A DNA stretch of 64,000 nt from positions 22,898-86,897 of the forward strand of contig CALGLN010000085.1 in assembly GCA_937930835.1 (NCBI GenBank), written 5' to 3'. The notes below the pieces were generated by a model that saw nothing but the letters and a program-made list of their open reading frames with translations, made no database searches and was not told the origin of the DNA. Source of the DNA: an uncultured Desulfomonile sp. Lineage in GTDB: Bacteria > Desulfobacterota > Desulfomonilia > Desulfomonilales > Desulfomonilaceae. Shown here piece by piece: positions 56,955 through 64,000 of the stretch (positions are counted from its first letter, which is position 1; each line of letters opens with the position of its first letter). Made by a program: the position numbers and the translations under genes.

Positions 56955-58124
56955 TTACATGGACCTCCCAGGAGCTCCGATATTGCGAGCAATCACTATC
57001 CTTTGGACCTCCGAAGTGCCTTCTCCAATGTCCAGAAGTTTCTGATTCCTGTAGTGTCTTTCAACCGCGTAATCCTTCATCAATCCGTAACCGCCGTGCA
57101 TCTGAACAGCATGGTTGGCCGCCCTGTAATATGTTTCGGAGCAAACTAGCTTTGCCATTGCCCCGTATTTTGGTGTCAGCCTTTCGTTGTCCTTAAGCCA
57201 GCAGGCCTTGTAAAGCAGTAATCGAGCCATCTCTATTTCAGTGGCCATGTCGGCAAGCTTGAAAGCATTGGCCTGGAATGCTCCTATTGGTCTGCCAAAC
57301 TGTTTTCTCTTCTTCGAATAATCCAGCGCCAATTCAAAAGCGCCTTGGGCTCCACCCAACCCCATGGCCCCTATGGACAATCTACCTCCATCAAGGGTCT
57401 TGAGCATCTGATGGAATCCTTCCCCTCGAGCTCCAAGAAGGTTGTCCTTGGGAACCCTGCAATCCTGGAATGTTAACTGCCCCGTGTTGGACGAGCGCCA
57501 ACACATTTTTCCATGCATGGTCTCCGTTGTGAAACCTTTCGTCCCATTCTCAACCAATATACAACTAATCTCAGGTTTCTTCGGATCAGTGGTGTCGGTT
57601 ATACATTGGACGACACAAACGGCGCTTATGTCTGTTGTTGAATTAGTAATAAAAATCTTGCTCCCATTGATCACCCATTCATTACCGTCGAGCACTGCTG
57701 TGGTTTGTGATGCGCCAGCGTCAGATCCCGCGTCAGGCTCCGTAAGACCGAAAGACGCTAAAATCTTTCCCTTACATAAGTCAGGCAACCATTTTCTTTT
57801 TTGTTCCTCAGTCCCAAAAGCATATATGGGGAATATGCCCAAGGAATTGCCAGCCGCGATCGTAGCCGCCTGAGAACCGTCGATCCTGGCTATTTCCTCC
57901 ACCATAATGATGTAATTGAGGTAGCCAACGTCGCTACCTCCATATTCCTCTGAAACAAATGGGCCGAAAAAGTCCAGGTCCCCCATCTTATGGGTCAGAC
58001 TGTAGGAGAACTCTTCCTTGTCATCGAGTTCCTGAGCGATAGGAGCTATTTCCTTCTCAGCAAATTCACGGACGACCTTACGGGTAAGCTCTGCATCTTT
58101 GGGCAGATCAAAATTCAAGGACAT
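56955..58124 (-). CDS. Acyl-CoA dehydrogenase
   Basis: 389 aa. SFGLTEPDAGSD, FITNS, C-terminal DIGEGTSEVQR. AAGGGGG lies upstream. Confidence 0.9.
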   Translation of the reverse strand: MSLNFDLPKDAELTRKVVREFAEKEIAPIAQELDDKEEFSYSLTHKMGDLDFFGPFVSEEYGGSDVGYLNYIIMVEEIARIDGSQAATIAAGNSLGIFPIYAFGTEEQKRKWLPDLCKGKILASFGLTEPDAGSDAGASQTTAVLDGNEWVINGSKIFITNSTTDISAVCVVQCITDTTDPKKPEISCILVENGTKGFTTETMHGKMCWRSSNTGQLTFQDCRVPKDNLLGARGEGFHQMLKTLDGGRLSIGAMGLGGAQGAFELALDYSKKRKQFGRPIGAFQANAFKLADMATEIEMARLLLYKACWLKDNERLTPKYGAMAKLVCSETYYRAANHAVQMHGGYGLMKDYAVERHYRNQKLLDIGEGTSEVQRIVIARNIGAPGRSM

Positions 58125-58514
58125 ACTTAACCCCCTTGAGGTAGAAATGGTGAATAAAATTCATAGCGGAGAACCTGATATGGATCCTGACATTCCAGTA
58201 GCGCATTTGTGCTGACGAACTACTGTAAAGGAAAATCACTTCGCCTGAACACCGAAAATCATGTTCGGTAAACTTTTTCTATCCCAAAAATTTATATTTT
58301 TAATGACTCAAGTAGTGGAATGACAAAGCCTATGTGGACATGTTCAATTAACAAAGTTTACAGCCCGTTGTCAAGTCGAAGTGTCTGTTTTTAATTTGAA
58401 ACCTAATTTTGTTCATATACCTGAACTTCAGATTTTATTTCGAGTTTGAAAATGAATAGTCATACAAACTCTTCATTATTTATTTAAATGTTATGTCTAA
58501 TTCTTATAATAGTA

Positions 58515-58544
58515 TTGACTTAATAACTATAATATCTTTATAAT
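58515..58544 (+). promoter_or_regulatory. Sigma70-like promoter for the coiled-coil lipoprotein gene
   Basis: TTGACT (58515-58520), an 18-nt spacer, then TATAAT (58539-58544), about 70 nt upstream of ATG 58613 in a very AT-rich spacer. Confidence 0.45.
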
Positions 58545-58612
58545 AAAGGAAAATTATTTTTGAAAATACTTTAGATCGCCTTCTTCAACCTGACGCCTGA
58601 GGAGAAATAACG

Positions 58613-59629
58613 ATGAGACTATTAAAATATGCCTTAGCCATAGTGATATTAGTTTCTCCGGTAATTTTAGGATGTGGTTCGGGAACCAAGTCCGGTTCTG
58701 TCAATGAAGAGCCTCAAAAACTGATCTCTGAATTGCGGGGAGAGCTCGATAAGGCGCGTGGGGAACTCGAGACCCAAACTGATCTTAATAAGAGCCTGGA
58801 CGATCAGGTCCAGTTCCTGAAGGCAAGGCTAGATGAAATCGAGAAGGAATCATCCGATGATCATGCCGCTACTTCACATAGCTCTGAGTCCTCCGGGACA
58901 TTCGACAGCCAGAGTAGGGTAGCCTTGATGGGAGCCAAAGCATTGGCCGAATTCAAAGCCGAGCAGCTCAGCTCTAAATTGGAAAAAATGACCCAGTTGG
59001 TTCAAACTAAAGAAACCGAGTTATCCAAAACTCTAGAAAAATCGCAATCTTTGACTCAGGAGGTCGCCACCCTTAAAGACACCTTGGAAGAGACCACACA
59101 GGAACTGAACAGTCAGATTACCCAAAAGGATGAACAGCTCAAAAAGGTGACCGACGAACTCCAGACGCTCACAAACCAGGTTAGTCATTTGACCAAGGAA
59201 ATTACAGAAAAGGATGAGCTGCTTGTAACCCTTAAGAAGGCCTGGTCTGATGCGACTCAGTTGAAGACTGCTGCGGAGGATGAGATCAATCGTCTGACTA
59301 ATGAAGTCAAAAAAATGTCAGACGATCTGGCTTCTTTCAAAGATTCAGCCCAGAGGGGCGCTCAAGAGGTGTCCCTTTTAAAAAATGACCTTCAGGATGC
59401 GCAACAAAGACTAGTGGAAGCAGGAGCGCAGCTCGAACGATTAACTAAAGAGAATGATGTTTATAACAGGGAAGTAGAGGAGCTCAAAACGCAAGCTAGA
59501 AATCTGGCAAATAAACTTTATGCTATGGAGCGTGCTGCTGGAGTTGACAGCGAAAACTTCGTTACGAGCATCGATAAAATCATCAGTGGTACATTCCCTG
59601 AATCACCTCAAGGAACTGCTACTAGATGA
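58613..59629 (+). CDS. Coiled-coil lipoprotein, function unknown
   Basis: 338 aa with GAGGAG upstream. The lipobox is VSPVILGCGSG. The rest is dominated by heptad-like E/K/Q/L-rich sequence (ELDKARGELETQ...LTKENDVYNREVEELK). Confidence 0.7.
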   Translation: MRLLKYALAIVILVSPVILGCGSGTKSGSVNEEPQKLISELRGELDKARGELETQTDLNKSLDDQVQFLKARLDEIEKESSDDHAATSHSSESSGTFDSQSRVALMGAKALAEFKAEQLSSKLEKMTQLVQTKETELSKTLEKSQSLTQEVATLKDTLEETTQELNSQITQKDEQLKKVTDELQTLTNQVSHLTKEITEKDELLVTLKKAWSDATQLKTAAEDEINRLTNEVKKMSDDLASFKDSAQRGAQEVSLLKNDLQDAQQRLVEAGAQLERLTKENDVYNREVEELKTQARNLANKLYAMERAAGVDSENFVTSIDKIISGTFPESPQGTATR

Positions 59630-59661
59630 TGCGATACTAGTTGATTGATGCGAGGGGAAAA

Positions 59662-60423
59662 TCAGTTTTCGATTTTTTCTGCGAGGCTAAGGTTTTCGAT
59701 AAATCTAAGGGACATTATATCGGCGCCGCGCAACCATCTAACGAAGCTAGACAAGACCTTTCTTAACTCCATCCTACCCTTGGTATTCAGCCTTAGCCTG
59801 TAACGGAGATTTCTCTCCATAGTAAAAGCCGTACGCAACAGAATCAAAGTTTCGGGTGATAGGCTCAGTTGTTGGTCGAATTTGCTGCCAACGCATGCGA
59901 GGTGACAGATTCCACCAGCTTCAAGACTAAAAACTCCCCCCTCCTTGGTGTCAAAAATTTTTGAGCACACTGGGCAAACATTGATAGTTGGTGAATAACC
60001 CAACAGCCCGAGGATCTCTATTTCCTTGATAAGGACCAATGACTTATCAATCTTCCCCTCATTTAATTGCGTGAGGAAGTCTTCGATGAAATCAAAAAGT
60101 TTTTCGTCAGGAGAGGATTCAGGCGAAAATATTGAGGCTAATTCCAGAAAGTAGGACGCCTGGGCAAACGCACCCATATCGAGTCTAATACGATTAAAGG
60201 ATCTAATCACACTCGCGTCGTCAATCCACACAAAATCGTCACGTTTTCTATGTCTAAGTGTGAGATCAACTATTGTATACGGCTCAATATTCCCACCAAA
60301 CCTTACCCGGCTTTTTTTGGAATTCTTGGCTATCCCCGTCATCCAACCGCAATCTCGACTAAAAAATGTGATCAGCTCGTCAGTTTCACCTCGGTCAATT
60401 CTTCTAAGGATAATGGATCTCAA
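59662..60423 (-). CDS. recO: DNA repair protein RecO
   Basis: 253 aa. The N-terminal OB region is ILRRIDRGETDELITFFSRDCGWMTGIAKNSKKS, and the Zn motif is CPVC...CHLAC. TTG start. Confidence 0.85.
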   Translation of the reverse strand: MRSIILRRIDRGETDELITFFSRDCGWMTGIAKNSKKSRVRFGGNIEPYTIVDLTLRHRKRDDFVWIDDASVIRSFNRIRLDMGAFAQASYFLELASIFSPESSPDEKLFDFIEDFLTQLNEGKIDKSLVLIKEIEILGLLGYSPTINVCPVCSKIFDTKEGGVFSLEAGGICHLACVGSKFDQQLSLSPETLILLRTAFTMERNLRYRLRLNTKGRMELRKVLSSFVRWLRGADIMSLRFIENLSLAEKIEN

Positions 60424-60438
60424 AACAACCCCTGTCCC

Positions 60439-61176
60439 CTATATCAAATCCTGGCTTTCCATTTCCTTTATCAGAGGTATGGTTATTCGTTTCTTTCTCT
60501 CTAATGATCTATAGTCAAGCAGCTCAATAATTGTTTCAAGCTCCTTTAAGCTCCTGGATTTGTGTCTCACCAAATAGGCGCAAACTTCCGAACTCACCTT
60601 AAACCCTCTATGCATGGCCATGTTTTCGATTATTGTTATGCGACTGTTGTCATCAGGAGGTTCTAGGCTCAAAACTAGACCAGACAGAAGCCTAGATCGC
60701 AGGTGATCATTTTCTGGAAACATGTCTGCTGGATGAAACCTGGACGTCATTACCATCAGGCCGTCAATCCGGCTCATCTTGTTGAACACACTCCAAAAAC
60801 TACTGGAGTCATCTCCAAACAGCTTGTGGATATCATCAATTAATAGAACTCTCAGATAATTCTCTGTATCACAGTCGTCGCTATCAAGCCTCTGGAGGTC
60901 CGGAAATCGATTGGAATCTGTTGCTGGCTCTATTAATAAGATCTGGCTCTTTGGGAAAGATGTCGAATAAACCAATGAATTGTACAAGGCTCTGAGCAAT
61001 GTAGTCTTACCAGAACCAGATGGACCATGAATGATGATCGGAGAAACTCGTGGCATATCCCTATCCTCGGAGATTGCCCGCAAATATCTCAATGTCGCTT
61101 GGATTCCACTGTGGTCTACAATCTGACTGAGTGTCCATGGATTAGGCCGCTGAAGATTCAAGATCATCTGCTTCAT
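60439..61176 (-). CDS. DnaA-family AAA+ protein, Hda-like
   Basis: 245 aa. IIHGPSGSGKTTLLRAL (Walker A), LLIDDIH (Walker B), and a C-terminal helical lid region. Confidence 0.65.
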   Translation of the reverse strand: MKQMILNLQRPNPWTLSQIVDHSGIQATLRYLRAISEDRDMPRVSPIIIHGPSGSGKTTLLRALYNSLVYSTSFPKSQILLIEPATDSNRFPDLQRLDSDDCDTENYLRVLLIDDIHKLFGDDSSSFWSVFNKMSRIDGLMVMTSRFHPADMFPENDHLRSRLLSGLVLSLEPPDDNSRITIIENMAMHRGFKVSSEVCAYLVRHKSRSLKELETIIELLDYRSLERKKRITIPLIKEMESQDLI

Positions 61177-61233
61177 GGTACTGATAATATTTGTACACTG
61201 TCATTCGATCAATCGATATTTGAAATAAATTAC

Positions 61234-61262
61234 TTGACACCTTTAGTTACGTTTATTAATTA
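61234..61262 (+). promoter_or_regulatory. Candidate rho promoter giving a ~200-nt leader
   Basis: TTGACA (61234-61239), a 17-nt spacer, then TAATTA (61257-61262). Long rho leaders are the site of autoregulatory attenuation in E. coli. Confidence 0.45.
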
Positions 61263-61466
61263 ATTTTTAGACTACTGTGATTTATGATCCTGTTCCGGGA
61301 TTGAAGTTCCTCCGAGGAAAAATCATTAGGGTTGGGACCTCTAAAGTAGAGTTCCGTGATTGATTGGCCCGTCTGAAATCATTCCCCTGAAAAAATAACT
61401 CCAGACAGCAGAATCTGAATTTTCCAAACGCCATGAATTAACATTCATAAATATCCAGGAGACATA

Positions 61467-62720
61467 ATGGACGTTCAAGAGTTAAAAGAAAAAAAGGTGA
61501 GCCAACTGCTGGCCATAGCCAATTCATTGGAAATTGAAGGCGCTAGCAGTATGCGCAAGCAAGAACTAATCTTTGCAATATTACAAGCCCATCAACATAC
61601 CGAAAAAGAACAGCCAATTCGTGGGGAAGGTGTGCTTGAAACATTACCCGATGGCTTTGGCTTTCTGAGAGCGCCAGATTACAACTATTTGCCAGGACCA
61701 GATGATATCTACGTCTCGCCTAGTCAAATCAGACGATTCAATATGCGAACCGGCGATACCATAGCAGGTTACATTAGGCCTCCCAAAGATACTGAACGTT
61801 ATTTCGCCCTTCTCAAGGTGGAACAGATCAACGGTGAGGATCCAGAAATGGTTCGGGACAAGGTGCTGTTTGATAACCTAACCCCCTTGTATCCCGATGA
61901 AAAGCTAAAACTCGAAATATCGCCTACTCTCTACTCAATGCGAATCATGGATCTCGTCGCTCCAATTGGAAAAGGACAGCGTGCCCTTATCGTAAGCCCA
62001 CCTAAAGCCGGTAAAACTGTCTTGCTTCAACAGATCGCAAACAGCCTGACAATTAATCATCCAGAAATTTATCTTATTGTGCTTCTGATCGACGAGAGGC
62101 CCGAAGAAGTCACTGACATGCAGAGATCGGTGAAGGGCGAAGTAATATCTTCTACGTTTGACGAGCCTGCCCAACGGCATGTTCAAGTTGCCGATATGGT
62201 CATCGAAAAGGCAAAAAGACTAGTGGAACATAAAAAGGATGTAGTGATACTACTGGATAGCATTACCCGTCTGGCCCGTGCTCACAACACTGTAGTCCCA
62301 CCAAGTGGCAAAATCCTCTCCGGAGGAGTCGATTCCAACGCGCTACATAGGCCAAAACGGTTCTTCGGAGCGGCAAGGAATATTGAAGAAGGTGGCAGCT
62401 TAACCATTATCGCTACAGCCCTGATTGACACCGGAAGCAAGATGGACGAAGTCATTTACGAAGAATTCAAGGGCACCGGTAATATGGAAATACATCTGGA
62501 TCGACGTTTGCTAGAACGAAGAATATTCCCGTGTATAGACATAAACCGTTCGGGAACCAGAAAAGAAGAGTTACTACTGAGTCAGCAAGACCTCCAGAGG
62601 ATTTGGCTCCTCAGAAAACTGCTTGCCGACATGAATTCAGTAGACGCCATGGAATTCTTGCTAGACAAGATAATGCAGACTGACTCCAACAGGGAATTCC
62701 TCCAGGTGATGAACAAGTAA
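61467..62720 (+). CDS. rho: Transcription termination factor Rho
   Basis: 417 aa. [48 protein letters not shown]. Confidence 0.97.
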   Translation: MDVQELKEKKVSQLLAIANSLEIEGASSMRKQELIFAILQAHQHTEKEQPIRGEGVLETLPDGFGFLRAPDYNYLPGPDDIYVSPSQIRRFNMRTGDTIAGYIRPPKDTERYFALLKVEQINGEDPEMVRDKVLFDNLTPLYPDEKLKLEISPTLYSMRIMDLVAPIGKGQRALIVSPPKAGKTVLLQQIANSLTINHPEIYLIVLLIDERPEEVTDMQRSVKGEVISSTFDEPAQRHVQVADMVIEKAKRLVEHKKDVVILLDSITRLARAHNTVVPPSGKILSGGVDSNALHRPKRFFGAARNIEEGGSLTIIATALIDTGSKMDEVIYEEFKGTGNMEIHLDRRLLERRIFPCIDINRSGTRKEELLLSQQDLQRIWLLRKLLADMNSVDAMEFLLDKIMQTDSNREFLQVMNK

Positions 62721-62951
62721 ACATCGAAAAAGGTTTTGCTACGACTGCAGCTCTGACCGATCCTGAGAGTGGACTAAGTATTTCTTTTTATATGGGTTTC
62801 ATTTCTAATGATCGCAGTTCCCTTGAATTAATGCTTATTATGCCTACTCTATTTAAAGGCGCCATGTAGTCGTGGTATTCAAAAAATAGGTTTTTTAATT
62901 AGCTTGTCTATGCTATTATTTTGTGTTTAAGAAAATTTTTGGAGGGTCAAA

Positions 62952-63242
62952 ATGAAAAAAGGCATTCACCCAGCCTATCAAAACACATCATTCAAATGCG
63001 CCTGTGGCGCGCAAATCGATACAAGATCGTTACAGGAAGAGTATCGAATGGAAATTTGCTCTTCATGCCATCCTTTTTTCACTGGTAAACAAAAACTGAT
63101 AGACAGCGCTGGTAGAGTAGAAAGGTTCATGAAGAAATACGGTGATACCCAGGTTTCCACAGGAAAGAAACCTGCTAAGACCAAGAAGAAAGATGAGAAA
63201 GTTACAAAGGCTACGGCTAAGACCGCCAAAAAGGTAAAATAA
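62952..63242 (+). CDS. rpmE: 50S ribosomal protein L31 (Zn-binding type A) with a Lys-rich C-terminal tail
   Basis: MKKGIHPAY...CACG...[13 protein letters not shown]...GRVERF, followed by [32 protein letters not shown] lies upstream. Confidence 0.95.
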   Translation: MKKGIHPAYQNTSFKCACGAQIDTRSLQEEYRMEICSSCHPFFTGKQKLIDSAGRVERFMKKYGDTQVSTGKKPAKTKKKDEKVTKATAKTAKKVK

Positions 63243-63338
63243 GACTTTTTCTTTTCGATTATGGTTCCATAAAGGGCTTGAAAACTTTCAATTAATATCC
63301 GTCGCGCATCTATTGCGGACATAAATAATAGAGGCTCA

Positions 63339-64000
63339 ATGATAATTAATAATCGGAACGAAAACGGGCCAAAGCAGATAAAAGTTGGAGGCCAGGCAGT
63401 AATTGAAGGAATCATGATGCGGGCTCCCAAGACTTTTACCGTAGTCGTGAGGAGACCTGATGGAGGCCTTTCTGTAAGGGAAGATCGCTGGCGTTCTCCG
63501 ATGGAAAGGTGGCCAATCCTCAAGAATCCCTTCCTGAGGGGCTGCATAGTACTTTACGAGGCTCTTTTCAACGGTATTCAGGCCTTGACCTATTCTGCCC
63601 AGGAGGCCCTGGGTGAAGAAGAAGAGAAGCTTGGGCCATGGGCGTTAGGTGGAACGATTGCATTCGCGATCGGTGGAGCAATGATGCTGTTCGTCGTTGT
63701 TCCTCATCTGGCTACTATTGGAGTCGGAGCGATATTTGGGGTTGATCTCGGGGTCCGCAGTGTTTGGTTTCACGTAATAGACGGAATAATAAAGGTGAGC
63801 ATATTCGTTGCTTATATTGCTCTAATATCACTCATGAAAGATATACGTAGGGTGTTTCAGTACCACGGCGCTGAACACAAGTCCATTCACGCTTATGAGC
63901 GCGGTGACGAATTGACTGTCGAAAATGCCAAGAAATATCCAACTCTTCATGCTCGTTGCGGGACTGCCTTCATACTGTTAGTGTTGATGTTGAGTATATT
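63339..64000 (+). CDS. DUF1385 membrane protein (5' part; continues beyond the right window edge)
   Basis: My own translation from ATG 63339: MIINNRNENGPKQIKVGGQAVIEGIMMRAPK...FQYHGAEHKSIHAYE...HARCGTAF. These are hallmark DUF1385 motifs, and the gene is typically found next to rpmE. It is absent from the ORF track because it has no stop within the window. Confidence 0.8.
   Translation, partial: MIINNRNENGPKQIKVGGQAVIEGIMMRAPKTFTVVVRRPDGGLSVREDRWRSPMERWPILKNPFLRGCIVLYEALFNGIQALTYSAQEALGEEEEKLGPWALGGTIAFAIGGAMMLFVVVPHLATIGVGAIFGVDLGVRSVWFHVIDGIIKVSIFVAYIALISLMKDIRRVFQYHGAEHKSIHAYERGDELTVENAKKYPTLHARCGTAFILLVLMLSI

Noticed and set aside
62978-63547. A 189-aa minus-strand ORF.
   Set aside because: It is antisense to rpmE and to the start of the DUF1385 gene, both strongly supported. 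Its translation is low-complexity with no motifs.
1-64000. A search of the whole window for CRISPR arrays, IS elements or transposases, integrases, prophage genes, toxin-antitoxin pairs, tRNA/rRNA genes and long DNA repeats.
   Set aside because: I recognised none by eye. The only paralogy is at the protein level (two etfBA pairs, two ACADs, rhodanese domains). A proper tRNAscan, Infernal and repeat search would be needed to exclude small RNAs.

Overview
This 64-kb window looks like ordinary chromosome dominated by housekeeping genes. I call about 51 protein-coding genes, roughly 80% of them on the minus strand. I found no rRNA, tRNA, CRISPR array, transposase or integrase. All calls rest on reading the supplied translations, my own translations of unlisted frames, and motif recognition from memory; no database search was possible.

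Gene content suggests an anaerobic, fatty-acid-oxidising Desulfobacterota-like bacterium. This is inferred from content only: two EtfAB pairs (one next to a membrane HdrD/DsrK-like Fe-S oxidoreductase), two acyl-CoA dehydrogenases, Hbd, a thiolase+DUF35 pair, FmdE, and selenium-related genes.

Main blocks:
- Polysaccharide glycosyltransferases at the left edge.
- A beta-oxidation module (6.9-10.9 kb).
- A sugar-nucleotide cluster: PMM, GDP-Man pyrophosphorylase and a eukaryote-type UDPGP (11-15 kb).
- trpB2 and metG.
- A plus-strand DNA-metabolism trio: Dna2-like nuclease-helicase, polA, cinA (20-27 kb).
- Rhodanese genes (27-28.8 kb), then an atypical kinase with TspO, then EtfBA.
- A secreted protein/TPR pair, and a membrane thioredoxin with a YqeB-like protein.
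- A 15-kb tightly packed array: PNP-MtaD-PurM-GlnE-AddB-AddA-PriA.
- A second EtfBA with Fe-S oxidoreductase, XRE-cupin regulator and ACAD.
- recO, an hda-like gene, rho, rpmE and DUF1385 at the right edge.

The most notable observation is an in-frame TGA at 28186-28188. It splits one rhodanese domain between two called ORFs and is followed by a SECIS-like hairpin. Read through as selenocysteine, it gives a 460-residue signal-peptide + CXXCH + triple-rhodanese protein, which I propose is a selenoprotein.

Other points worth a second look:
- A decayed rhodanese paralogue immediately downstream of that gene.
- A thioredoxin/YqeB pair with no Mo-hydroxylase nearby.
- A bacterial Dna2/Nhi-like nuclease-helicase.
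- A glycosyltransferase in which a GT-A domain appears nested inside a GT-B fold.
- A flavin-reductase pseudogene.
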